Of a stretch of DNA of 41,411 nucleotides, positions 11,801 through 24,134 are shown piece by piece (the first letter of the stretch is position 1; every line of letters starts with the position of its first letter). This stretch comes from Octopus bimaculoides (taxonomy: Eukaryota). The stretch covers positions 11,232,562-11,273,972 of the forward strand of contig NC_068989.1 in the NCBI RefSeq assembly GCF_001194135.2, written 5' to 3'. The translations under genes and the position numbers were made by a program. Below the pieces are notes generated by a model. It was not told where the DNA came from and did not search any database. It was given only the letters and a program-made list of their open reading frames with translations.

Positions 11801-12186
11801 TTATATATATATGTGTGTGTGTGTTTGTATATGGGTTATAAAATGGTACCATTCAGAATTGTGTGGCTTTATTCGTATGTTTATATATATATATTTGCTT
11901 TTTTACCTTTTTACTTTGTTTTAATCCTGAGAATTGTCGGCTGACACTCCGGTTTCTCTGTTTAACACTTCAGTTCCACCATCTGTTACCAACATAGTGT
12001 CTATTCTTTTATTTGTAGACATGTTCTATTGCTTACAAGGTGTTACTGAATGGAAACCGAGTGAATAAAGGGTGTGTAGCTGTAGCGCATTACTCTGCTG
12101 TTTCGCTACCAAAGCCACATTCTTTTTATCTTCCCCACTGTCTTAATACATACATACATATATACATACATACATACATACATACA

Positions 12187-12222
<36 letters not shown>

Positions 12223-13171
12223 TATATATTCACATATGTATATATATATTCACATATGTGTTATTATATATATATATATANNNNNNNNNNNNNNNNNNNN
12301 NNNNNNNNNNNNNNNNNNNNNNNNNNNNNNNNNNNNNNNNNNNNNNNNNNNNNNNATATAAAGTTAATGTGTAAAATTTCTAGAACTGTATGACAACACT
12401 AGAATCACCATAATCAATAGACAATATTTCTTCTTGCAAATATACATCTGTTATTCCAACATGTTAGATTTGAAAATTAAAGGATTTTGTAGATTTTTTT
12501 TCTTTTCTTCCTGTATTCTTAGCTTTTTGTCTGTTAGTTGATTGTTTTATTTTCTTCATCTTTATGAATACAAGACATCAGAATGTTTCAAAGACAGCCT
12601 AAATACAATGGTAAATTGATGCTAAAATAAATTTGTGTCCGTCTGTTTGTCCATCTGTCTGTCTGTCTCTCTCTCTCACACACACACACACACGCATATG
12701 CACTCATACACAGATATGAATTAAAAGTCATAACTATTGATTGATTTCTTAACCAATGATTTCTTAACTGTTGGTTACTCTAAACTACTGATTTCTCTTA
12801 TGGTCATGTGGTTAAGAAGCTTGCTTTGCAACTGTATGGGTTTCGGTTCCGCCCCAACCAATGCGAGACACATTAGGCAACTGTCTTTTCTGTACCCTTA
12901 TGCTGAGCAATGCTTTGTGAACTAACATGGTAGACAGAAGCTGAGTGGAAGCCCATTGTGTGTGTGTTTGTGTTTGTGTGTATGTGTCCACTTTGAATAT
13001 AAAACTTATAGAACATTTTGGCTGGATAAGACAAGTTTAAATGCTAAAGGATTAATTCACTTCAGTCCAGCAAAATTAATGATTCTTTCTTTAAATCTAT
13101 TCCGGCTTATGTACAAGAGAAATGGCTATGACATACTAAAAGTTAGAATTTATATATATACTACTTTAGTT

Positions 13172-13420
13172 GTGGTGGTGTGTAGTCAAGTGGTTAAGAT
13201 ACTGGACTCATGATCATAAAATTGTGATTTCAATTCCAAGACTGGGTGGTGCAATGTGTCCTTCAGCAAAACACTTCATTTCACATTGCCCGGTTCACTC
13301 AGTAAGCAAAAATGAGTAATTCTGTGATGGACTGGTGTCCCATCCAGGGGAATATATACACCTCAGAATCTGAGAAACTGGTCCTCTGAGCCTATATGAC
13401 TTCGGAAGGAGCTTTTTACT
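13172..13420 (+). mobile_element. SINE family D (tRNA-like head, CORE-like body), degenerate
   Basis: AGTGGTTAAGATACTGGACTCATGATC head; GTGTCCTTCAGCAAAACACTTCATTTCACATTGC body, shared with the 36968 and 35808 copies. Confidence 0.75.
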
Positions 13421-14171
13421 CTAACCAAGTGATCATGAAGTACTTTCTGGAATTCTCCACATTTCATATGATGTGGTATCCACATTTTATTTTTACTGAT
13501 CAATAGAAAGAAGTTGTGAGAACTGATTTGCAATATGATTAGCATGTTACATAACCAGTAAAAATTTAATTAGTGCAGGTTAATGGTAATTAATGCATAG
13601 TTTTTAACATTGCAAGGAATAGCATTATGAAAGCAAGTTGGTATGATGCATGGAAAGATGAGTTCTGATATCTTGGGCAAAGTCTTTTTTTTTTTATCTA
13701 AAGTGTGTTGGAATTTATTATTTAATAAACAAAGCTACTTGTTAATTAGTTTGGAGTATATAATTTTTAGTTAAAGGAAGTCTGCACTGTCTAGGAAATT
13801 CTTATAAATTCCAATTTATATATATATATATATATATATATATNNNNNNNNNNTTAGCACTGAAGATTTCAACTACATGATTCAGTCACAAAAATAATTT
13901 TTATTCAATGAAACACTGTCATCTTCCATTATGCGATAGCAATTTTTAACATCTCTTTTTATATTTCTGGAAATGGAAAAAAAAGTTGCCCAAATATTTG
14001 CAATGCTATTTTCTGCAGACATAATAATGAACCATTTCTACAAAGTATAAGTTTAATAATTCAGCATCAGTCAAATTATATGATTCCAATATCCTTGGAA
14101 TCTTCTGATATATGTGTGTGTCTATCTCTCTCTCTCTCTACGCGCACGCACGCACGCACACGCACACACAC

Positions 14172-14205
<34 letters not shown>

Positions 14206-14324
14206 TAAACTGAGATATATGAGAGTAAGTTAAGTTATAATTCCTGAATTTCTTCATAAATTCTAATATTGTCTTTGAGTGCTTGGCATTCTAAATTTAT
14301 TTACTGAGTGACTGAATACTATTA

Positions 14325-14623
14325 GATGAATAAAAGAAAATTTGGTTTAAAATATCAGAAAAAGTTACACAAATTGGAAATCAATTGTGTAAATATTATT
14401 TAGTGACTAGCAGAAAACTATCCAGAGGTTGGTCTTTCTACTAGTGTTGTAAATAAAGTTTAAGCCTTTAAATGCACTTCTTATTTCTTCAATGAAGAGT
14501 TCTTCTCAAAATATCAGAACTTGCCTCTTGTCTCAGGCAAGCAAGCCTATCTTACTTAACAATAGCGTTTGGTGTTCATTGCTAACACAGGCCACTAGAA
14601 GTTTCTCTGGATTCTAGTTCTTT
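14325..14623 (+). repeat. Left arm of a ~300-bp inverted repeat
   Basis: Manual alignment to the reverse complement of 16001-16300 gives about 32-34 differences (~89% identity); the innermost 37 bp are identical. Confidence 0.92.
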
Positions 14624-15023
14624 ATTTTTTATAGAAAAGAGACTTGTTTACAGACAATAAATACACAAATACAGATAATATATTAGACCTGAATTCAACA
14701 ATATAGATTCTGTGACAGCTGGAGATCTATGCTGCATACCTGTCTTCTTTCCATTGCTTCGTGTGAGGCAGATTAAAGGCAGGTAGGCAGGTCAACCTTA
14801 GAAGAAAATCTCAGATGACTGAATCAATAAGAGCTAGTTGGAAAGTTCATATTCTCTTATTGGCACAACACTGTATGATCACAGCCAAGATACTTAACTC
14901 TCAATAAGTCTTCTCTAACTAGCTCCAATTAGGAACTGATTAATCATATAGTTAGATTATAGATGTCAGCAACTCCAGCTCTGTAAAATTGCCAACTGTT
15001 TCATTAGGCTTACAGTTTTAAGC

Positions 15024-15252
15024 CTTACCATTTAACATTTAAACCAGCCATATTCGACCCAAATGTTCTTCCTGTTTTATGTTCAAACTAGCCAGATCTG
15101 GCCTCTTACACTTACCCTGTGATGTCATTCTAAAAATCAACAATCGTATCATTGAAATGTTGAAGCTACAAGATAAATTCATGATTAATTCAAAACAATG
15201 TGACTAAATGAGCATTACATTCCATAGAATAATCTGAATGTTGAAGAATTAA
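15024..15252 (+). mobile_element. TTAA-ended (piggyBac-like) MITE
   Basis: Same family as 38835-39053 (opposite orientation) and fragments at 13020-13055 and 34757-34790; ends in AATTAA. Confidence 0.65.
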
Positions 15253-15311
15253 AATATTCCTGTAAGTGAACTCAAAAATGTTGGGTGTTTTGAGTATCAT
15301 CTATATATTAC

Positions 15312-15545
15312 TCTTTACTCTTTTACTTGTTTCAGTCATTTGACTGCGGCCATGCTGGAGCACCGCCTTTAGTCGAGCAAATCGACCCCAGGACTTATTC
15401 TTTGTAAGCCTAGTACTTACTGTATCTTTTGCTGAACTGCTAAGTTACGGGGACATAAACACACCACCATCAGTTATCAAGCGATGTTGGGGGGGGGGGA
15501 CAAACACAGACACACAAAGACACACACACACACACACACACACAN
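15312..15545 (-). mobile_element. SINE family A 3' half
   Basis: Reverse complement of the family A tail, running into the gap. Confidence 0.9.
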
Positions 15546-16000
15546 NNNNNNNNNNNNNNNNNNNNNNNNNNNNNNNNNNNNNNNNNNNNNNNNNNNNNNN
15601 NNNNNNNNNNNNNNNNNNNNNNNNNNNNNNNNNNNNNNNNNNNNNNNNNNNNNNNNNNNNNNNNNNNNNNNNNNNNNNNNNNNNNNNNNNNNNNNNNNNN
15701 NNNNNNNNNNNNNNNNNNNNNNNNNNNNNNNNNNNNNNNNNNNNNNNNNNNNNNNNNNNNNNNNNNNNNNNNNNNNNNNNNNNNNNNNNNNNNNNNNNNN
15801 NNNNNNNNNNNNNNNNNNNNNNNNNNNNNNNNNNNNNNNNNNNNNNNNNNNNNNNNNNNNNNNNNNNNNNNNNNNNNNNNNNNNNNNNNNNNNNNNNNNN
15901 NNNNNNNNNNNNNNNNNNNNNNNNNNNNNNNNNNNNNNNNNNNNNNNNNNNNNNNNNNNNNNNNNNNNNNNNNNNNNNNNNNNNNNNNNNNNNNNNNNNN

Positions 16001-16300
16001 AAAGAACTAGAATCCAGAGAAACTTCTAGTGGCCTGTATTGACAATGAACACCAAACACTATCGTTAAATAAGACAGGCTTGCTTGCCTGAGATAAGAGG
16101 CAAGTTCTGAGGATATTTCAAGAAAAAACTTTCATTGAATAAATATGAAGTGCATTCAAAGACTTAAACTTTATTTACAATACTAGCAGAAAGACAAACC
16201 TCTGGGTAGTTTTCTGTAGTTACTAAATAATATTTACACAATTGATTCCCAATTTGTGTAATTTTTCTGGTATTTTACATCTAATTTTCTTTTATTTATC
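16001..16300 (-). repeat. Right arm of the ~300-bp inverted repeat
   Basis: Begins at the gap edge with AAAGAACTAGAATCCAGAGAAACTTCTAGTGGCCTGT, the reverse complement of 14587-14623. Confidence 0.92.
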
Positions 16301-17037
16301 TTTTATTTTCTTTTATTTATTCGCTCTTGCAGTAGAGAAGAAACACAGCTACCACAGGTGGAGATAGAGAGAGAGAGCAGAATGAGAGAGGACAGAGAGA
16401 AAATGGTAACATGGAAGTGTATATAATGAGGTGAATTGGGGATTGGAGAAGATGAATGGGTGGATAAGTTCGCAAAATTTCCAAAGGAGAGTGGGAGGTG
16501 GAGGGAATGAGATACCCCTTATTTGTAAACTAGGGAAAGGTTAGCAGCAGGAAGGACATCCAGTTTTAAAACAGTGTCTCAATAATATATTCATCTAACC
16601 CATGCTCGGATGGAAGATGGACGTAAAACAAATGAACAAATACATATTATTTTAACCATCTGCTTAACCCATTTTTGCTTAGGAATTTTGACGAGGGAGA
16701 TTTTTCTGTGGCCAGATGCTCTTCCTATCATCAACCTTTGCCTGTTTCCAAGCAACGTAATGATTCCTTGAGTCCTGTGCAAATGAGCAGCAGCTGGTGA
16801 GAATGCTTGGTGCAGCATTTCTGCCTAGTTGTAGTTTTTAAAACAATACATCTATAAAGCATATCTGCCAATGATATGCTTTCTGTGATGTATTTGCATT
16901 AAGCATGATACACAAATGTACACACATACATCCACGCATGCACATGCACACACATGTGCACATGTATGATATGTTTATTTCAGTTTCCTATACCTTCACT
17001 TCCCTCTCTCTCTCTCTCTCTCTCTATGTATGTATGT

Positions 17038-17246
17038 AGGCGTAGGAGTGGGTGTGTGGTAAGTAGCTTGCTTACCAACAACATGGTTCTGGGTTCAGTC
17101 CCATTGCATGGCACCTTGGGCAAGTGTCTTCTAATATAGCCTCGGGCCAACCAAAGGCTTGTGAGTGGATTTGGTAGACGGAAACTGAAAGAAGCTCGTC
17201 ATATATATATGTATATATATGTATATATATGTATATATATGTATAT
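17038..17246 (+). mobile_element. SINE family A 5' half
   Basis: GGCGTAGGAGTGGGTGTGTGGTAAGTAGCTTGC head, B-box-like GGTTCAGTCCC. Confidence 0.9.
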
Positions 17247-18103
17247 NNNNNNNNNNNNNNNNNNNNNNNNNNNNNNNNNNNNNNNNNNNNNNNNNNNNNN
17301 NNNNNNNNNNNNNNNNNNNNNNNNNNNNNNNNNNNNNNNNNNNNNNNNNNNNNNNNNNNNNNNNNNNNNNNNNNNNNNNNNNNNNNNNNNNNNNNNNNNN
17401 NNNNNNNNNNNNNNNNNNNNNNNNNNNNNNNNNNNNNNNNNNNNNNNNNNNNNNNNNNNNNNNNNNNNNNNNNNNNNNNNNNNNNNNNNNNNNNNNNNNN
17501 NNNNNNNNNNNNNNNNNNNNNNNNNNNNNNNNNNNNNNNNNNNNNNNNNNNNNNNNNNNNNNNNNNNNNNNNNNNNNNNNNNNNNNNNNNNNNNNNNNNN
17601 NNNNNNNNNNNNNNNNNNNNNNNNNNNNNNNNNNNNNNNNNNNNNNNNNNNNNNNNNNNNNNNNNNNNNNNNNNNNNNNNNNNNNNNNNNNNNNNNNNNN
17701 NNNNNNNNNNNNNNNNNNNNNNNNNNNNNNNNNNNNNNNNNNNNNNNNNNNNNNNNNNNNNNNNNNNNNNNNNNNNNNNNNNNNNNNNNNNNNNNNNNNN
17801 NNNNNNNNNNNNNNNCCCCCCCCATCGTACATGTATGTATGAATGTATATATATGTGTGTGTGTGTATATATATATACATATGTATGTATGTATGTATGT
17901 ACGTATGTATGTATGTACGTATGTATGTAAATGTTGAATGATGAAAACTAGTGCTCAACACCACATTGGTGGATATAATTCCTTTTTTTTTGTGAATGAA
18001 GGCTACCATTGGTTTCCTGTTAAGAAAGGTAGGAAAATATCCTAGTGTCAAGCCAATCACATGGAGAAAGGTGTTCGCCTCCATTTTGGATATGTGTATA
18101 TAT

Positions 18104-18152
<49 letters not shown>

Positions 18153-18645
18153 TGATTTTGGAGTAAGGTGCTTGTTTTTTGACCGTGTGGTTGTGGGTGC
18201 AGTCCTGCTGCATGACACCTCAAGCACCTGGCCTCAGGAAATCTATCACAGCATATTCAAGCATAGAAAAGCAAATGTTAAAATAATAATGATGATGCAG
18301 ATGATAATGATATAAACATACATACATGCATATAACTCAGAAATAATTTCTTATAATTTAATCTTATGTTTTGAAGGAAAAAAAAAATCAAACAAGCATT
18401 TGATATATTCTATAAGCTACATTGTCTACATTGTGATTTGGTCTGCTTAATTGAAACTCTATATTCTTCTGTTATGGCTATAGATACTTCTGTGTTATTT
18501 TACANNNNNNNNNNNNNNNNNNNNNNNNNNNNNNNNNNNNNNNNNNNNNNNNNNNNNNNNNNNNNNNNNNNNNNNNNNNNNNNNNNNNNNNNNNNNNNNN
18601 NNNNNNNNNNNNNNNNNNNNNNNNNNNNNNNNNNNNNNNNNNNNN

Positions 18646-18850
18646 TCAACTTGTAGCACAAGGCTAATCATTTTGACAGGTGGGTGGATGAGACGATTAC
18701 AGTGATCCCAATGTTCAACGGGTACTAGTTGTATCGACCCCGAAAGGATGAAAAGCAAAGTTGACCTTGGCAGAATTTGAACTCAGAATGTAAAGACAAA
18801 TAGATATACTACCAAGCATTTTGCCCAGCATACTAATGATTCTGCCACCT
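18646..18850 (-). mobile_element. SINE family B
   Basis: CGACCCCGAAAGGATGAAAAGCAAAGTTGACCTTGGCAGAATTTGAACTCAG. Confidence 0.8.
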
Positions 18851-18866
18851 CACCTCTCTCTCTCTT

Positions 18867-18898
<32 letters not shown>

Positions 18899-19013
18899 TC
18901 TCTCTCAGGGCATTACTATACAAGAATGCTTCACGCTAACTACCATAATAAACACATCTATCTATTTAGTTATCTATCTAGCCATCGATCCACCCATCCA
19001 TACATCTATACAT

Positions 19014-19450
19014 AGGCGTAGGAGTAGCTGTGTGGTAAGTAGCTTTCTTACCAACCACATGGTTCTGGGTTCAGTCCCTCTGCGTGGCATCTTGGGCAAG
19101 TGTCTTCTACTATACCCTCAAGCTGACTAAACCCTTGTGAGTGGATTTGGTAGATGGAAACTGAAAGAAACCCGGTGATATATATATATGTATATATGTA
19201 TATATATATGTGTGTGTGTGTGTGTGTGCGTGTGTGTATGTTTTTGTGTCTGTGTTCCCCCCTCCCCAATATTGCTTGATAACCAATGCTAGTGTGTTTA
19301 TGTCCCGTAACTTAGAGGTTCAGCAAAAGAGACCGATAGAATAAGTACTAGGCTTACAAAGAATAAGTCCCAGGATCGATTTGCTCGACTAAAGGCAATG
19401 CTCCAGCATGGCCGCAGTCAAATGACTGAAACAAGTAACAGAAAGAGAAA
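19014..19450 (+). mobile_element. SINE family A, full length
   Basis: Complete head, microsatellite and tail. Confidence 0.9.
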
Positions 19451-19750
19451 GAGAAAATATATATACATACATACATTCCCAGAGATCGTGGAATATTTCC
19501 TCTCCTTACTTTCTGTACAAAATGCAAAAATAAAAAAGTAAATAAATAAATAAATAAAGCAAAATGTATTGCCTGATATCATAAAATATTTAATTATCTT
19601 ATGATAAAATTAATTAAACTAACTTTTGTTAGTCTGTGTTAGACCATTTTTATATGTTTGCTCGTTTGTATTCATATGTTAATGATACCGTTTTGTTTGA
19701 AAGTTGACTAGGAACTGCATTCAATAATTGGATTTTATATATTCCAACAG

Positions 19751-19838
19751 CTGTTTGAGACTAATCATATTTCTGTACTAATTCTCTTGTTACTGTCTCA
19801 CCCAAATACTGAACATTGGTTGTACCAATTTGAGTTTG
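19751..19838 (+). CDS. Candidate 88-bp exon (LFETNHISVLILLLLSHPNTEHWLYQFEF), unidentified
   Basis: Acceptor tatattccaacag and donor TTG|gtagga; only phase 0 is open. No homology recognised. Confidence 0.2.
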
Positions 19839-19892
19839 GTAGGAAAGTTTCTTTGTTTTAATTTTTCAAGTTTTTTTTTTTTTTTTTAAGTA

Positions 19893-20579
19893 GGTATAGG
19901 CTTGGTTATGTGGTAAGAAGCATGCTTTCTAACCACATGGTTCCAGGTTCAGTCCTGTTGTGTGACACCTTGTGCAAGTGTCTTCTACTATAGACTTAGA
20001 TCGCCCAAAGCCTTGTGAGTGGGTTTGGTTGATGGAAACTGGAAGAAGCCCATTGTGTATATATGTGTGCATACATGTGTGTGTGTGTGAGAATTTGTGT
20101 CGATGTTTGTCCTCCATCACCACTTGGCATCTGGTGTTGGTGTGTTTACATCCCCATAACTTAGCAGTTTGACATAAGAGGCTGATAAAATAAGTACCAG
20201 ACTTTAAAAAATAAAGTACTGGAGTCGATTCATTCACCCAAAAATTCTTCAAAGCAGTGCTCCAGCATGGCCACAGTATAATAACTGAAACAAGTAAAAT
20301 ATAAAAGAAAAAAAAAAAGCTACATAAGCGTAGGAGTGGCTGTGTGGTAAGTAGCTTGCTTACCAACCACATGGTTCCGGGTTCAGTCCCACTGCGTGGC
20401 ACCTTGGGCAAGTGTCTTCTACTATAGCCTCAGGCCGACCAAAGCCTTGTGAGTGGATTTGGTAGACGGAAACTGAAAGAAGCCTGTCGTATATATATAT
20501 ATATATATGTGTGTGTATATATATGTATGTGTGTGTCTGTGTGTGTATGTTTGTGTGTCTGTGTTTGTCCCCCCAACAT
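19893..20579 (+). mobile_element. Two tandem SINE family A copies (19893-20310 older, 20326-20579 younger)
   Basis: Two consecutive heads and bodies; the second is close to the in-window consensus. Confidence 0.88.
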
Positions 20580-21022
20580 NNNNNNNNNNNNNNNNNNNNN
20601 NNNNNNNNNNNNNNNNNNNNNNNNNNNNNNNNNNNNNNNNNNNNNNNNNNNNNNNNNNNNNNNNNNNNNNNNNNNNNNNNNNNNNNNNNNNNNNNNNNNN
20701 NNNNNNNNNNNNNNNNNNNNNNNNNNNNNNNNNNNNNNNNNNNNNNNNNNNNNNNNNNNNNNNNNNNNNNNNNNNNNNNNNNNNNNNNNNNNNNNNNNNN
20801 NNNNNNNNNNNNNNNNNNNNNNNNNNNNNNNNNNNNNNNNNNNNNNNNNNNNNNNNNNNNNNNNNNNNNNNNNNNNNNNNNNNNNNNNNNNNNNNNNNNN
20901 NNNNNNNNNNNNNNNNNNNNNNNNNNNNNNNNNNNNNNNNNNNNNNNNNNNNNNNNNNNNNNNNNNNNNNNNNNNNNNNNNNNNNNNNNNNNNNNNNNNN
21001 NNNNNNNNNNNNNNNNNNNNNN

Positions 21023-21195
21023 GTATCGGCCCCTTTGCCTTTCCCTTGGATAACATCGGTTGACGTAGAGAGGGGATACAGGCGTGCATGGGGGACTACT
21101 GGTCACCATAAACAACCTTGTTCGGATTTGTCCCTTGGAGGGTGACTTTCTAGGTTCAATCCCACGGTCATTCAAGACTGAAGCGGGGGGGGGGG
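21023..21195 (+). mobile_element. SINE family D-related 3' part
   Basis: Reverse-complement match to 35808-35975 (GTATCGGCC...TTTGCCTTTCCCTTG...TTTCTAGGT.CAATCCCA.GGTCATTCA). Confidence 0.75.
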
Positions 21196-22174
21196 GTCTT
21201 TGACGACGACAACGATGTGTGCATTGATAGTGAGTGGCACCCATGAATGAGAATGATATCAAAGAACAGATGACAGAGAATCATTGGTGACACTTTAAAC
21301 TATTTTGGAGTCTTTCAGAAGGACGTGAGATCATTAAGAATGGCAATGTGTTACAGAACGGATCCATGTCCTCCATAGGATAAACCACTTCATATTGAAG
21401 TATATAATATGGGCCTCCATCAGGCTGACACATAGAACAATGGACACCGTCGAACAACAAAAAGAGCTGTTGTGGAAAATGGACATTAATGAATAAGGAT
21501 GGTAATAATTATGTAAATAATAGAGTTAACATTAAAATAACAATATATACATTTGTCTAAATGAAATGAAGAGACAATGAATCTTACTGTTTCAGTCTTA
21601 AACTTTATCTTTCTGTTCTGAAGTGTGAGTGTGTGTGTGTGGTTAGGTTCATTTACTTATCTTCATTAAAATGGGGTTTAACCAACTTACATAGTCATTA
21701 CTGCCCCCCACCCCCACCCCCTCTCATCAACCTTTTTCAGCTCCAACCAACATCCCTCCTCCTCCCTCTCCTCGTCTCAGTTCCTCTTACCATTCATATT
21801 CCAGAACCTAGCATTAAACAATTTTCCAATTATTTCCACCACAATGTTGCAACCTTCTCCCCGGGGGGGGGGGGGGCATTCCTCCTCCTCCTCCTTTCCC
21901 CCCCTTCATCCTCCCTCCTTTCCTCTTCATCCTTCCCTTCCTCCCCCTTAATCTTCCTTATCTTTCCCACTCCCTCCTCCTCCCCTTCTCCTCCCTCAAG
22001 TGTCAAAGACATTGCTTGACCTTTCCTTCTATTACCATATCCCTGCCTAGGAATCTGTCAGAATAAGTCTCAGGAAAGGATTTATTGTGTGCCCTAGACA
22101 ATAGGGGGTAACATTTTACATAGAAACAAATTCTTGCTCCAAATGACAGGCAACCATATCTGTACCCTCTTACT

Positions 22175-22565
22175 CATTACTCTTTTACTTGTTTCAGTCA
22201 TTTGACTGTGGCCATGCTGGAGCACTGTCTTTAGTCGAGCAAATCGACCCCAGGACTTATTCTTTGTAAGCCCAGTACTTATTCTATCGGTCTCTCTTGC
22301 CGAACCACTAAGGACGTAAACACACCAGCATCGGTTGTCAAGCGATGTTGGGGGGACAAACACAGACACACAAACACACATATATATATATAAAATATAT
22401 ACGACAGGCTTCTTTCAGTTTCCGTCTACCAAATCCACTCACAAGGCTTTGGTCGGCCCGAGGCTATAGTAGAAGACACTTGCCCAAGGTGCCACACTGT
22501 GGGACTGAACCTGGAACCATGTGGTTCGTAAGCAAGCTACTTACCACACAGCCACTCCTACGCCT
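22175..22565 (-). mobile_element. SINE family A, full length, young
   Basis: Near-consensus reverse complement ending CACAGCCACTCCTACGCC. Confidence 0.92.
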
Positions 22566-22799
22566 ACTGTCAATAAAAATAAAATAAAAATACAGACCAT
22601 AAAGTAATTAACCAGCTCTGTATGTTGTTAAATTATTAACAAAATTATCATTAAGAAATAACTTGTGAAAGTATAGGGACCATGTTGTGATGTTTATAAA
22701 TTTTTTTCTAAAGTTTCTTATTGAAATTGGAGTGATGTGTCTTCAAAGTTGGAATGCCTGGAAATATGACTCATACTAATATAAATAAAATTCGATAAG

Positions 22800-23232
22800 A
22801 TATGCGGAGCGCTAAGAGCACCATCCGAGTGTGATCGTGGCCAGAGCAGCTGTCTGGCTTTCGTGCCAGTGGCACGTAAATAGCACCATTTGAGTGTGAT
22901 CGTGACCAGCACTGCCTTACCTGTGCCGGTGGCATGTGAAAAAACATTCGAGCGAGATCATTGCCAGTGCCGTTGGATTGGCTCCTGTGCAGGTGGTGCG
23001 TAAAATACGCCATTTTGAGTGTGGCTGTTGCCAGTACCGCCTGACTGGCCTTCGTGGCATGTAAAAGCACCCACTACACTCTCAGAGTGGTTGGTATTAG
23101 AAAGGGCATCCAGCTGTAGAAACTCTGCCAAATCAGATTGGAGCCTGGTGTAGCCATCTGCTTCACCAGTCCTCAGTCAAATCGTCCAACCCATGCTAGC
23201 ATGGAAGGCAGACATTAAACGATGATGATGAT
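22800..23232 (+). mobile_element. SINE family C with internal tandem subunits
   Basis: About four diverged ~60-70-bp units upstream of the family C 3' block and (GAT)n tail. Confidence 0.85.
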
Positions 23233-23241
23233 TACAGCAGA

Positions 23242-24134
23242 TACAAATTTGTGTAAAAAAGTTCCTGGACTAATTCTGTAGCATGCCAACAGATGACAGC
23301 ACATGGTTGCATGTACAGTGAGGGCTTGCTGTGACCTTCATGAGGTAGTGTGCCAAGTGATAGCGTTGTGTTTTCTTTGCAAGTTGTGAAATTTGTGATT
23401 TTGTGATCATGTGTATGCTGTAATCTGAGATTTTTCTCATGGACAAGAAGTTGGAACAAAGAGTCTGCATGATATTTTGTGTTAAACTTGCTACAGAATC
23501 ATTGAGCATGTTTTGGCAAGCTTACCGTAATGAGGCAATGGGTCACACACAATGCTTTGAGTGGCACATTTGCTTCAAAAGGAGAAGAATATCCCTGGAA
23601 GGTGATGAGCAATCTGGAAGACCTGCCACAAGTGTCAACCCTGGAAATGTAGTATTGTGCATTGAGAATTTGTCCCCCCAGGACCAGACCATCAATTGAG
23701 AGTTCTAATGTGATATTTTGAAGCATTTGAGGGAGGACATCTGGCAAAAGCGACTGGATCTGTGAAGCACGAAGAATTGGATTCTTTACAACAACAATCC
23801 ACCCTGTCACCGAGCTCTCCACTGTCATGAGTTTCTTGCCAAAAACAACATGGTAATACTTCCTCACCTGCCCTATTTGCCAGATCTAGCACCTGCAAAC
23901 TTCCATCTCTTCCTCAAGATGAAACTGCAGCTCAAAGGTAACCATTTTAACACCGTTCTTAAGATCAACAGATGGTCCTCAACTGGCTTACAGACATCAC
24001 AGATAGTCCTCAGCTGGTCGGGGCCGCTGTATTGCTGCATAAGGTGACTATTTCGAAGGAGATGATGTCAAAGCTTAGATAAAATAGTTACTTTTATTAA
24101 ACATAGTCTGGGAACCTTTTGATAGTACTTTGTA
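23242..24134 (+). mobile_element. Internally deleted, pseudogenised mariner (DD34D) transposon
   Basis: TA-flanked imperfect TIRs (TACAAATTTGTGTAAAAAAGTTCCTGGACT / AGTCTGGGAACCTTTTGATAGTACTTTGTA). N-terminal HTH MDKKLEQRVCMIFCVKL...QCFEWH..FK....SLEGDEQSGRP. C-terminal IVH*EFVPQDQTIN...NWILYNNN...LPHLPYLPDLAP (YSPDLAP motif) and RCIAA*GDYFEGD. Confidence 0.92.
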
